Source of the DNA: Bdellovibrionales bacterium | GTDB taxonomy: Bacteria; Bdellovibrionota; Bdellovibrionia; Bdellovibrionales; UBA1609 | Direction: 5' to 3' | NCBI GenBank assembly: GCA_965205945.1 | Contig: CBDBIB010000001.1 | Coordinates: 384,525 to 448,524 of the forward strand | DNA: 64,000 nucleotides | Shown here: piece after piece, positions 55,526-64,000 of the stretch | How positions within the stretch are numbered: the first letter of the stretch is position 1 | Layout: every line of letters starts with the position of its first letter | The notes under the pieces: model-generated | Told to the model about the DNA's origin: nothing | Databases searched by the model: none | What the model saw: only the letters and a program-made list of their open reading frames with translations | Made by a program: the position numbers and the translations under genes

Positions 55526-56395
55526 ATGAAATTTTCTTTTTTATTTTTTTTGTTTTATTCATCAAATGCCTTATCACAAATTAATACCGCAAAAACTCTC
55601 GGCTTTGCTGGTGTAGGCAGCGTCAATGCTGAGTCTACAAGCTCAAACCTTCTTCAAAACCCTGCAGCTTTGAGTTTAAATGCAGATTTAGAGTTCGGTG
55701 CCGGATATGGACATGGAAAAACTCCTTTGGGCCTGAAACAGAAAAGTTACTATGCATGGAGCAAAGACAGTCTTTCCTCTTCCTTTAAGACCCACAGAAA
55801 CACTAAAGTTAAGAGCTTAATTGATAGTCAGCAAGAGTCATTTCCTTTTGCAGCCGCAATTTATTTTAGTAATTATCAAATAGATTTTAAAAAGTATAAA
55901 TTTTATAAACTTGCTGTTTCACATGTTATTACTAAAAAAATTAGTTTAGGCGGTTGCTTTAGCTATCTTAATGGAAAACCAAAAAGCCTAACCCTTGATA
56001 ATTGGGCTGGTGATTTAGGTTTAGTGTATAGAAGGTCTGAGACGATTCACCTAGGCATTTCATGGCTTAATTTAAATTCTAATGATGACATGATAAAAAA
56101 ACTTAAATTTGGTGGAGCCTTTAGACTCCCTAAGTTGGCTAAAGTATTTCTAGATACTGAGTATAATCTAGGAAATGTAGAGAATAAATGGTCCTTTGGC
56201 ATTGGGTTTGAGGCTAAGGTTAGAAAATTTTTTGCCTTTAGAAGTGGCTTTTTTACTTCAACACAAGAACTTAAGGAGTATTTAGGTTTAGGACTAAGCT
56301 TTATAGGCCCTAAATTTAAAATCCACTATGGTACAAGGACAGAGCTAAAATCTAAGATCGCACTGCACAGCGTTGACTTTTCTTTGCCTTTTTGA
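55526..56395 (+). CDS. outer-membrane beta-barrel protein
   Basis: Signal peptide 'MKFSFLFFLFYSSNALSQ', an N-terminal '...LLQNPAAL' motif as in FadL/TraF-like barrels, and a C-terminal 'FSLPF' with terminal Phe. Confidence 0.55.
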   Translation: MKFSFLFFLFYSSNALSQINTAKTLGFAGVGSVNAESTSSNLLQNPAALSLNADLEFGAGYGHGKTPLGLKQKSYYAWSKDSLSSSFKTHRNTKVKSLIDSQQESFPFAAAIYFSNYQIDFKKYKFYKLAVSHVITKKISLGGCFSYLNGKPKSLTLDNWAGDLGLVYRRSETIHLGISWLNLNSNDDMIKKLKFGGAFRLPKLAKVFLDTEYNLGNVENKWSFGIGFEAKVRKFFAFRSGFFTSTQELKEYLGLGLSFIGPKFKIHYGTRTELKSKIALHSVDFSLPF

Positions 56396-56438
56396 TAACT
56401 AAGGGTGTTTTAAAAGACTTCTTTTAAGGGAGATAAAA

Positions 56439-56570
56439 ATGGCTTCAGCTACAAAAAAAACAAAGCTAAATCGCAGAAATAAGCATAAAAATGCTGGTAA
56501 AGTTAGAAAAACAAAGAATCAAAATAAAGGCACAACAGCTACTAAAGAAGCTCTCTTTGGAAACAACTAG
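56439..56570 (+). CDS. unlisted 43-aa highly basic small protein
   Basis: ATG 56439 is preceded by AAGGGAG with a 6-nt spacer. 'MASATKKTKLNRRNKHKNAGKVRKTKNQNKGTTATKEALFGNN'. A hairpin plus T-run follows. Confidence 0.5.
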   Translation: MASATKKTKLNRRNKHKNAGKVRKTKNQNKGTTATKEALFGNN

Positions 56571-56605
56571 ATCTAAAAGCCTGTAAATTAAATAACAAAA
56601 CACAC

Positions 56606-56636
56606 AAGACTCTTAGTACATATACTGTCTTTTTTT
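56606..56636 (+). terminator. candidate rho-independent terminator
   Basis: AAGAC/GTCTT outer stem, AGTA/TACT inner stem, CATA loop, then a T7 run. Overlaps the stop codon of the convergent gcvH-like gene. Confidence 0.35.
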
Positions 56637-57009
56637 AATCTTCATTGTCATCATCTTGATCAACTTCATTCATTAAATTTTCAAGACTTGTAAGGTCTTT
56701 AGGTCTTATCTTTAACAACCAGCCTTCTTCAGTACTATCATCAAAGAGTAATGTAGGATCATCAATAATTGCAATATTAGCTTCAATTACTTCACCTTCA
56801 AGTGGAGAATATATATTTATTGGTCCCTGATCAGTTTCAACTTCACCACAAATCTCTTCTGGGCCAACTTGACTGCCCTCTTCAGGTAAATCAGCTCCCC
56901 ATACCTCATTTACATCATCAAACATGTCCTGCTTAATCCCAATGATTAAAACATCTTCTTCGGATTTTGCCCATAGCTCATCAGTAAACTCAACTTCAGT
57001 ATCAATCAT
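56635..57009 (-). CDS. GcvH-like protein lacking the lipoyl-lysine
   Basis: Overall GcvH pattern ('ELWAK...IGI....D.....W.ADLPEEG', 'GWLLKIRP'). The 'VESVKA..(x)YAP' lipoylation motif instead reads 'VETDQGPINIYSP', i.e. Lys to Gln. Confidence 0.7.
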   Translation of the reverse strand: MIDTEVEFTDELWAKSEEDVLIIGIKQDMFDDVNEVWGADLPEEGSQVGPEEICGEVETDQGPINIYSPLEGEVIEANIAIIDDPTLLFDDSTEEGWLLKIRPKDLTSLENLMNEVDQDDDNED

Positions 57010-57374
57010 ATGCTCTCCTTTTACTTGTAAATATTATTTACACAAAGCTATTTTACCCAAAACAATAAGTTTTAAGTACATTGGATCACGTCTAAGACTG
57101 TTTTAAAGATTTTATCTTTAAAAGATCTTACTTAGCACCTAGGATTTAAATTGCAAGAGCTTTAGCAGTGAATTTAATATTTTTAATTTTTCCTTGGTTT
57201 TAGACTTTAACTTACAGGCATAGTATAAATAGTTTTTTAAATCCACACTATTTTTTAAAAAAAATTTACATATACAACCTTTTTACAGTCCATTACTTTT
57301 TTCAAAAACAGCAATCCTCCCTACTCTAATCTAAAAAAAAAAGATAAGTCTTATACTCTTAAAGGAGAAAAGAC

Positions 57375-58124
57375 TTGATACACGTTCTTAAAAATAACAA
57401 GACTATTCTTACCAACATTGCTTACGACACCACCACCCAAGCTACTGTTAAATGCCTACATTTTATTAAAACTGTACTCCAACTTGATGTTAAAATGGGA
57501 ATTTATGATTCTTCATCCACAAACTATCAAGCTTTGATCCAAATGACTCAGACAAAATCTTTCATTGAATTAAAAGGAAAAATTTTTCTTCCCATATTTA
57601 AAAAAAATAAATCTATCTGGGGTTTTATAGAAATCAACTATAAATCAAAAAAACCTACTCTTGTTAAAGTCAAAAAAGCTCTTCAAACAATTAAAGATAT
57701 GATTGAGCCCGAACTAGAAACTCCTTTAAATGATTTTTCTAAAAATAATTTAAATTACTCTCTTCTTGTTTTTGGAGGAACCTTTGAAAACAATCATAAA
57801 ATAGCCTCAAATATTTTCCAAAATAAAAAATTCACTTCATTTATTAATTTGACAGAATGGATTCAACAAGATGATTTATTTTCATTAAAGACCTTATGTG
57901 AATTTTCTGACAACCTTCTCTTCGTTCCTGAAGTTCTTAATTTAAATTTAAACCAACGTTCAATCCTAGCCCTCTACTCTATACTCCCTGATCAATTAAA
58001 AAAATCATCTTTAATTGCTTGTACTAAAACTACCTTTAAAAACCTATCCTCTTTAATTAAAGATGAAAAAGGCTTTCTATCAGCATTTTCTAAAAGAAAA
58101 GTACATTTTAATAAATACTTTTAA
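57375..58124 (+). CDS. hypothetical protein (TTG start as listed)
   Basis: 249-aa ORF; no diagnostic motif. Confidence 0.45.
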   Translation: MIHVLKNNKTILTNIAYDTTTQATVKCLHFIKTVLQLDVKMGIYDSSSTNYQALIQMTQTKSFIELKGKIFLPIFKKNKSIWGFIEINYKSKKPTLVKVKKALQTIKDMIEPELETPLNDFSKNNLNYSLLVFGGTFENNHKIASNIFQNKKFTSFINLTEWIQQDDLFSLKTLCEFSDNLLFVPEVLNLNLNQRSILALYSILPDQLKKSSLIACTKTTFKNLSSLIKDEKGFLSAFSKRKVHFNKYF

Positions 58125-58318
58125 AATATTAAAGGTTTGTTAAAAACACTACATAAAAATCAACACTAAATTTTTAATAATTCTATTTATGTAGCCATTC
58201 ATCTATTTTTAAATGCTTTTAACATGCTTGCCAGAGTTTTTAACTCTAATTTTAATGTAAAAACTACCACTCATAGCTTTATTGCTCTAAAATCAAAATA
58301 GCTTACTGGAGAGTTATT

Positions 58319-59284
58319 TTGAATATTGGTGTTGAAAAATTTATTGCTGAAAAATTAAACATTGCTTTTAAAACTACCCCCTTAGCCGGAGATGCTGGAA
58401 CTAGGCAATATTTTAAAATTAAGAGTGAAGTAGGCGACAAATATATCCTCTGCGTCTACAAAAAAAATGAGCTGACCTCTTTTGACTACTTTTTAAACAT
58501 TAATAAAATGTTTAAAGACCACGGTATAAATACTCCTCATATTCTACACACTAGTAAAAACTTAGGTTTAATGATTTTAGAAGATCTTGGAAAAATTACT
58601 TTAGAAGAGGCCTTTAAGAGCAAAGCAAACCTTTTCTTTTATCGCAAGGCCATTAATACTCTTATTAAAATCCAGGGCATTAAAAAACACGAGGGCTCTA
58701 TAGCGCACAGCTACGCATTTAATATTGAAAAATTAAATTGGGAATTTAATTTTTCCTTAAAACACTTAATAAAACTTTATTCTTTTAATATAAAAGACAT
58801 AGATATAATAAAATTAAAGAAAGAATTTAATTTAATTTCAACATACTTATTCTCTTTACCACAAGTAGTAACCCATAGAGATTACCATTCAAGAAACCTC
58901 ATAGTTAAAAATAATAAGGTTTATACAATTGATTTTCAAGATGCTCGCTTAGCAAACCCTTTTTATGATTTAACAAGTTTAATTGAAGATACTTACACAA
59001 ACCTTCTTATTAAAAATAAGAAGGTTTTAATTAAATACTATTTAGATCACTCAAATATTTCTTTTAATCAAAATTTTAATAAAAACTATAACCTTCAAGC
59101 TTTACAACGCTCTTTTAAAGCCTGTGGAAGTTTTGCAAGATTAAAAAATACTATTAAAACAGATAAGTACCTTAAATATCTTGCCCCATCTATTTTAAAT
59201 ATTAAAATTTACTTAAAAGAATTAACAGATTACCCAGAGTTTTTAAAATTTATTAACCTTTGTTCTAAAAAAGAAACTTTATAA
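58319..59284 (+). CDS. amgK: aminoglycoside-phosphotransferase-fold kinase, AmgK-like (anomeric MurNAc/GlcNAc kinase)
   Basis: 'GDAGTRQYFKI', 'THRDYHSRNLIV' and 'IDFQDARL.NPFYDL' kinase motifs. Directly abuts a MurU-like gene (stop 59284, ATG 59285), as in the Pseudomonas amgK-murU pair. Confidence 0.65.
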   Translation: MNIGVEKFIAEKLNIAFKTTPLAGDAGTRQYFKIKSEVGDKYILCVYKKNELTSFDYFLNINKMFKDHGINTPHILHTSKNLGLMILEDLGKITLEEAFKSKANLFFYRKAINTLIKIQGIKKHEGSIAHSYAFNIEKLNWEFNFSLKHLIKLYSFNIKDIDIIKLKKEFNLISTYLFSLPQVVTHRDYHSRNLIVKNNKVYTIDFQDARLANPFYDLTSLIEDTYTNLLIKNKKVLIKYYLDHSNISFNQNFNKNYNLQALQRSFKACGSFARLKNTIKTDKYLKYLAPSILNIKIYLKELTDYPEFLKFINLCSKKETL

Positions 59285-60244
59285 ATGACTAAATCTGCTT
59301 TTCTTTTAACTGCTGGGTTTGGGAGACGATTTCAACCACATACAAATTTCTTGCCGAAACCAGCACTTCCATTCTTTAATCTTCCTCAAGCCCTTTATCC
59401 TTCTGGACTTTTAAAAAATGTAGGTGTTAGCGAGTTTTTTTATAATTCCCACCATTTATCAAAAGAGCTTGATGCCGCTTTAAAGCCTTTCTTTAAAAAG
59501 AATAGCATTTTTGAAAAAAAGATTCTTGATAGTGCAGGAGGTATTGCAAATGCTAAAAAATATTTAATTTCTGATGAACATTTTTGGGTTGTTAATGGAG
59601 ATTCTTTTATTACAGCTTTAAATAACGAGATTATCTTAGAGGCCTACGATTTTCATTTAAAAACAAATTCAATAGCAACTCTTATTGGTATTAAAAAAAC
59701 AAACCCCTCTTTAATTGGCCTTGGTGTCAACTCCAATAATATTCTTACTCATATTGGAAGAGGCCCTAAAACACTACACTTTGTAGGGCTTTATATTTTT
59801 AGCAAAGAAATATTTATTTTTTTAAAGCTTAAAAAATCACATATTTTAAAAGATATTTTATTAAAAAACTTTAAAGGAAAAGTTTCTGTGTTTAATGCCA
59901 GTAAAGGTCTAACATGGTTTGAAACAGGGAATGAGCTAGATTTTATAAATTGTCATAAAATTGAGGCTAAAAAAATCCTAATAGAACAAGAAGCTTCTTT
60001 TGTTTATAAAACACATAAAATCTGGAATAAAAACCCAGAAGCTCTTCTTGAACAATTTTTGCAAAATAAAATTTGGGGTAAGAAAAGTGTTAATCCACAC
60101 AAGTCTGATTTTTTAATTCTTCCAGAGAATCTTAAAGATGATTCTGGAAATTTTAAAACTTGTGTAATCACTAAAGATCTTGTTTTTCCAAAAGATCAAC
60201 TTTTTAAAAACAAAGTACTAATCAATGCGTCCCAGTGGACTTAA
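59285..60244 (+). CDS. murU: sugar-1-phosphate nucleotidyltransferase, MurU-like
   Basis: N-terminal 'AFLLTAGFGRRFQPHTNFLPKPALPF' nucleotidyltransferase signature and 'GGIANA', next to the AmgK-like kinase. Confidence 0.6.
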   Translation: MTKSAFLLTAGFGRRFQPHTNFLPKPALPFFNLPQALYPSGLLKNVGVSEFFYNSHHLSKELDAALKPFFKKNSIFEKKILDSAGGIANAKKYLISDEHFWVVNGDSFITALNNEIILEAYDFHLKTNSIATLIGIKKTNPSLIGLGVNSNNILTHIGRGPKTLHFVGLYIFSKEIFIFLKLKKSHILKDILLKNFKGKVSVFNASKGLTWFETGNELDFINCHKIEAKKILIEQEASFVYKTHKIWNKNPEALLEQFLQNKIWGKKSVNPHKSDFLILPENLKDDSGNFKTCVITKDLVFPKDQLFKNKVLINASQWT

Positions 60245-61285
60245 AATTTTATCAACCCCCATATAAGATAAATCTAATTTAAAATCTAAAATTTTATTCG
60301 CAGCTAAAAAAGCAAAGGCCCCACCTTCTACAGCCTGAATAGGCCAACCAATACTTTCACTTGTTAAAACTTTAACTCCTTTTAAAGATTCCTCTAATCT
60401 TTTTAAAAGATAACAGTTGTATGCCCCTCCCCCAGATACAATAAGCAGTTTAATTTTTCTATTTTTTATTTTATCAATTATAGGAAGTATTGTTATTTCC
60501 GAAAGAGTTGCTAGAATATCTTGAGAAGATAAGTTTTTCATTCTTTTTAAGATTGTATTTAATTCAACTTCAGAAAAATCCTTTCTTCCACAACTTTTTA
60601 GAGTTTTCTTTTTTAGAAAGCTATTTGTAACAATATACTCTTTAGCTAATTTTATATGAGGCACACCTCTTAGTGCTGTCTTGCCACCACGATCAAAATC
60701 TTTAAAGAAAAGTTTTCTCATTGCTCCATCTAAAAAAATATTTCCAGGACCAACATCCGTTGCATTTAATTTCTTACCCTCTTTAAAGGTAATATTAGAT
60801 ATACCCCCTATATTTAAAAACCCCCAATTTTTTTTATGTCCCATTATAGCATTGTGAAACAAAGGAGCTAAAGGTGCTCCCTGCCCCCCAATGCTTAGAA
60901 TTTTAGCTCTAAAATCACTCACTACAGGAACATTAAAACGTTTTAAATACGAGGGCTCACCTATTTGCACTGTTGCTTTTGGAGCTTGATGAAAAACCGT
61001 TTGCCCATGAAGGCCAATTAAATCTATTTTCCATTTTTTTATTCTTTGAATTTTATCAAGAGAATCAGCATAAAACTTGCCTAGTTTAAAATGTAAAAGC
61101 TGGGAATCTCTAAAACTCATTCTACCTTCAGCCAAATTAAATAAAGCCTTCTTCATATGCTTAGAGTACACAACAGATCCCATATCTTTGTATTTAAATT
61201 TTTTTATATTTTGTTCTACCAATACAAAATCAACACCATCTAAACTCGTACCACTCATGATCCCAACAATATTTAATTTTGTCAT
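60218..61285 (-). CDS. anmK: anhydro-N-acetylmuramic acid kinase (start probably ATG 61285)
   Basis: 'IVGIMSGTSLDGVD', 'GLHGQTV.H', 'SDFR..D...GGQGAPL' and 'NIGGISN'. AGGA lies upstream of 61285; the listed Met is at 61306. Confidence 0.9.
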   Translation of the reverse strand: MTKLNIVGIMSGTSLDGVDFVLVEQNIKKFKYKDMGSVVYSKHMKKALFNLAEGRMSFRDSQLLHFKLGKFYADSLDKIQRIKKWKIDLIGLHGQTVFHQAPKATVQIGEPSYLKRFNVPVVSDFRAKILSIGGQGAPLAPLFHNAIMGHKKNWGFLNIGGISNITFKEGKKLNATDVGPGNIFLDGAMRKLFFKDFDRGGKTALRGVPHIKLAKEYIVTNSFLKKKTLKSCGRKDFSEVELNTILKRMKNLSSQDILATLSEITILPIIDKIKNRKIKLLIVSGGGAYNCYLLKRLEESLKGVKVLTSESIGWPIQAVEGGAFAFLAANKILDFKLDLSYMGVDKILSPLGRID

Positions 61286-61438
61286 TTTTTTTATCCTATA
61301 TATCATGCTTTATTTTTACCATACTTTCTTTAAACCCTCATAGACAATTTTTTCCTTTCTCTTAATCTATTATTCTCATACTATTAAGAACTAATAGCTT
61401 TTTAATAAACATTAAGCTATTTAACTAATGGAGTTTAA

Positions 61439-62359
61439 ATGGTTAAGGCCCTAATCTATAGATTGCTTTTACTTACTCCTCTTATCTTTATCATTTCGTC
61501 TATAACGTTTTTAATTATTCATTTCATCCCCGGCGATCCTGTTGATCTCATGCTTGGAGACTATGCTCTTGAATCCGAACGCGAGAGCCTACGCCTATCC
61601 TTAGGGCTTTCAGGAAATCTTTGGGATCAGTACCTTTATTTCATTTCCAATCTTTTTAAATTCAATTTAGGAAATTCTATCTTTTCAGATTCCTCTGTAA
61701 CAAAACTTATAATACAAAGAGTTCCGGCTACCTTAGAGCTGACTTTAGTCTCGATTCTTATGTCTTGCCTATGGGGAATTCCTTTAGGTGTTCTTACCGC
61801 AAGTACAAAATCTAGCAGCCTTGATTTTATAGGAACCTCTTTAGGTGTTTTAGGAATGTCTGTTCCTGGCTATTTTCTTGGACCTATTCTTATATGGATT
61901 TTTTCAGTTAATCTAGGCATATTGCCTGTTGGGGGCAGAGAAGGCCTTTTAAATCTAGTTCTTCCAAGCTTAAGCCTAGCTCTTCCTCTTGGCGCCATAT
62001 TAATGCGTATGACAAGAGCGGCAATGCAAGAGGTGCTTACTCAAGAATATATTCAAGTTGCTTATGCAAAAGGAATTACAAAAAAAACACTCTATTTCAA
62101 ACATGCCCTTAAAAATGCACTTATTCCCATCATTACTATTATAGGCCTTCAAATAGGAACTCTTCTAACAGGAACGGTCATCACAGAAACTATCTTTAGT
62201 TGGCCTGGCTTAGGCACTCTGCTTTTTGATGCTATAAACCAAAGAGATTACCCCATTGTTCAAGGCTGCATCATCATTATTGCTTGTATCTATGTTATTG
62301 TAAATTTTTTGACTGATGTTTTATATACCATTGTAAATCCAAAGGTTACCAATATATGA
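61439..62359 (+). CDS. ABC peptide/nickel-type transporter permease (DppB/OppB family)
   Basis: 'FLIIHFIPGDPV' N-terminal motif and an EAA-like loop 'YIQVAYAKGI.K......HALKNALIP'. Confidence 0.88.
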   Translation: MVKALIYRLLLLTPLIFIISSITFLIIHFIPGDPVDLMLGDYALESERESLRLSLGLSGNLWDQYLYFISNLFKFNLGNSIFSDSSVTKLIIQRVPATLELTLVSILMSCLWGIPLGVLTASTKSSSLDFIGTSLGVLGMSVPGYFLGPILIWIFSVNLGILPVGGREGLLNLVLPSLSLALPLGAILMRMTRAAMQEVLTQEYIQVAYAKGITKKTLYFKHALKNALIPIITIIGLQIGTLLTGTVITETIFSWPGLGTLLFDAINQRDYPIVQGCIIIIACIYVIVNFLTDVLYTIVNPKVTNI

Positions 62360-63174
62360 AAAAACTAAATATGTTTTTCATAACTGGAGTGTTTTTGATT
62401 ACAAGCTTTTTACTCCTTGGCATCTACAGCTTTGGAATTTCTTATGAAGAGGCCAACAGCATTTCTTTAAACTACAAGTTCCAAACACCTTCTTTAAATT
62501 TTTTAATGGGAACTGATGAAACTGGAGCCGATCTTTTTAAAAAAATTGCCGTTGGAACAAGGATTAGTTTAACAATTGCTTTTTCAGTAGTTTTTATAAG
62601 TTTAATTGTTGGTCTTATTTATGGTTCAATTTCAGGTTATATCGGTGGTAGAACAGATTCTTTTTTAATGCGAACTCTGGATCTATTTTACTCTTTTCCA
62701 GGTTTCTTATTAGCTCTAGCACTCGTTTGTGTATTAGGCCCCTCTATTCAAAATCTTATTCTTGCGCTCTCGCTTACTAGTTGGACTGGCTTTGCAAGAC
62801 TTGTTAGAGGGGAAATTCTACATATTAAAGAACAAGATTTTATACAAGCAGCTCGATCAATAGGAGCTTCACCAATAAGGATTATAGTTTTTTATTTCTG
62901 GCCTAACTTAGCTGGTGTTTTGCTTGTACAAAGCACTTTTTCTCTAGCAGGAACTCTTATTGTTGAATCCGGTTTAAGCTTTCTAGGCTTAGGAGCTCCA
63001 GCACACATTCCCACCTGGGGCTCTATACTGAATACAGGAAAATTTTACCTTGTTGAAGCCTTACATATCTCATTTTTTCCTGGAATTTGCATAGTTTTAC
63101 TTGTCCTCGGCTTTAATCTTTTAGGTGATGGATTAAAACAAATCCTTGACCCTAAAAAAACTTCTATCATTTAA
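62356..63174 (+). CDS. ABC peptide/nickel-type transporter permease (DppC/OppC family)
   Basis: 'LMGTDE.GADLF', 'GY.GGR.D' and 'DFIQAARSIGASP.RII..Y.WPN'; 4-nt overlap with the B-type permease gene. Confidence 0.88.
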   Translation: MKKLNMFFITGVFLITSFLLLGIYSFGISYEEANSISLNYKFQTPSLNFLMGTDETGADLFKKIAVGTRISLTIAFSVVFISLIVGLIYGSISGYIGGRTDSFLMRTLDLFYSFPGFLLALALVCVLGPSIQNLILALSLTSWTGFARLVRGEILHIKEQDFIQAARSIGASPIRIIVFYFWPNLAGVLLVQSTFSLAGTLIVESGLSFLGLGAPAHIPTWGSILNTGKFYLVEALHISFFPGICIVLLVLGFNLLGDGLKQILDPKKTSII

Positions 63175-63181
63175 TACGTAA

Positions 63182-64000
63182 ATGAATAAAAAAATAAAAT
63201 TAGCTCAGTTTTTATGGACAGGATTAAAAGGAACAACAGTTTCAAAGGAAGAAGAAGAATTTTTAACAAAAACTCCTCCCGGAGCAATTATCTTATTTAC
63301 TAGAAATTATAAATCTTTAAATCAACTTTGGAAACTTACTAAAAACCTTCAAAAGATTGCCGCAAACAACGGTTTAAAAAAACCTTTTATAATTGGAATT
63401 GATATGGAGGGGGGAAGAGTGCAGAGGCTAAAAACACCTTTTACCATTTGGCCTTCAATGAAAAAGCTTGGAGATATTAACTCAACAACTCTAGCCTTTA
63501 ATTTTGCAAAATCCATGGGCAAAGAACTTAGAGCTGTTGGAATCAATTTTAACTTTTCTCCTTGCACAGATACTTTACTAAATAACAAGAATAACGTTAT
63601 TGGTGACAGGGCTTTTTCCAACAATCATCATATTGTTGGAAAGCTAGCTTCTTGTATAATTCGTGGCTTTAAAAAAGAAAATATTCTTACCTGCATTAAA
63701 CATTTTCCAGGACACGGATACTCCGCTCTTGATAGCCATAATGAGTTACCTATTGATGACCGCAGGCTAGAAGACATTCATGAAATTAACGCTTTTAAAA
63801 AAACTCTTAAAACTAAACCTGAATTTATCATGCCTGCACACATTATATTCCCAAAAATTGATCCCTATTTTCCAGTTACTCTTTCTAAAACATGGATAAA
63901 AAATGTTTTAATTGATCAATTTAATTGCAGGTCATTTCTAATTTCAGATGATTTAGATATGGGGGCTCTTAATAATTATGACTTTGATATGATGGTTAAG
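63182..64000 (+). CDS. nagZ: beta-N-acetylhexosaminidase NagZ (GH3), 3'-truncated by window edge; absent from the ORF track
   Basis: Open frame from ATG 63182 to the window end (273 codons, no stop). 'IGIDMEGGRVQRL', 'KHFPGHGYSALDSHNELP' and 'ISDDLDMGA' match NagZ motifs. Confidence 0.88.
   Translation, partial: MNKKIKLAQFLWTGLKGTTVSKEEEEFLTKTPPGAIILFTRNYKSLNQLWKLTKNLQKIAANNGLKKPFIIGIDMEGGRVQRLKTPFTIWPSMKKLGDINSTTLAFNFAKSMGKELRAVGINFNFSPCTDTLLNNKNNVIGDRAFSNNHHIVGKLASCIIRGFKKENILTCIKHFPGHGYSALDSHNELPIDDRRLEDIHEINAFKKTLKTKPEFIMPAHIIFPKIDPYFPVTLSKTWIKNVLIDQFNCRSFLISDDLDMGALNNYDFDMMVK

Noticed and set aside
56924-57106. 60-aa plus-strand ORF
   Set aside because: It is antisense to the gcvH-like gene.
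61077-61343. 88-aa plus-strand ORF
   Set aside because: It is antisense to anmK.
63349-63624. 91-aa minus-strand ORF
   Set aside because: It is antisense to the open nagZ frame (63182 to window end), which carries GH3 NagZ motifs.
1-64000. CRISPR arrays, rRNA genes, transposases/IS elements, toxin-antitoxin or known phage-defence gene signatures
   Set aside because: Scanning the intergenic regions and ORF products by eye showed no regularly spaced direct repeats, rRNA-like sequence, DDE/tyrosine-recombinase motifs or defence-system hallmark domains. A computational repeat and HMM scan would be needed to be certain.

Overview
AT-rich, tightly packed bacterial chromosome segment from a Gram-negative-type organism (Lgt/LspA, SecDF-YajC, Omp85-like and MipA-like outer-membrane proteins). 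The mix of CsrA/FlgM-like, CpaF-type ATPase and peptidoglycan-recycling genes would fit a low-GC Bdellovibrionota/Oligoflexia-like lineage, but taxonomy cannot be verified from the sequence alone. All family calls are motif recognition by eye; no searches were run.

Housekeeping content:
- Left part, mostly minus strand: aspC-like aminotransferase, coaD, rsmD, a two-component pair, hldC, rsmE, prmA, csrA, NfeD/SPFH, aspartate kinase, eno, and queA-tgt-yajC-secD-secF-recJ-queC.
- Right part, mostly plus strand: fumC, dinB, ileS-lspA-lgt, priA, and a peptidoglycan-recycling neighbourhood (amgK-murU, anmK, dppBC-like permeases, nagZ).

A tRNA-Leu(GAG) sits between the two blocks. It is preceded by two decayed tRNA-Leu 5'-half copies and followed by a ~10 kb accessory-looking block.

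The most unusual content is in that block: a translationally coupled operon (about 32.7-38.9 kb) with three different Rieske [2Fe-2S] fusion proteins (Rieske-ThDP enzyme, ferric-reductase-type membrane domain-Rieske, Rieske-GltS-type FMN domain), small membrane proteins and a periplasmic YHS-domain protein. I do not recognise it as a characterised system. A DedA-like/ATP-grasp fusion lies beside it.

Other points:
- a frameshifted MltD-like lytic transglycosylase
- a GcvH-like protein whose lipoyl-lysine is replaced by Gln
- a G9 tract with a sigma54-like promoter in front of a secreted Lys-rich protein
- several start-codon corrections and three unlisted genes (nagZ fragment, a 43-aa basic protein, a 58-aa FG-GAP-like remnant)

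No CRISPR array, rRNA, transposase or integrase was seen.
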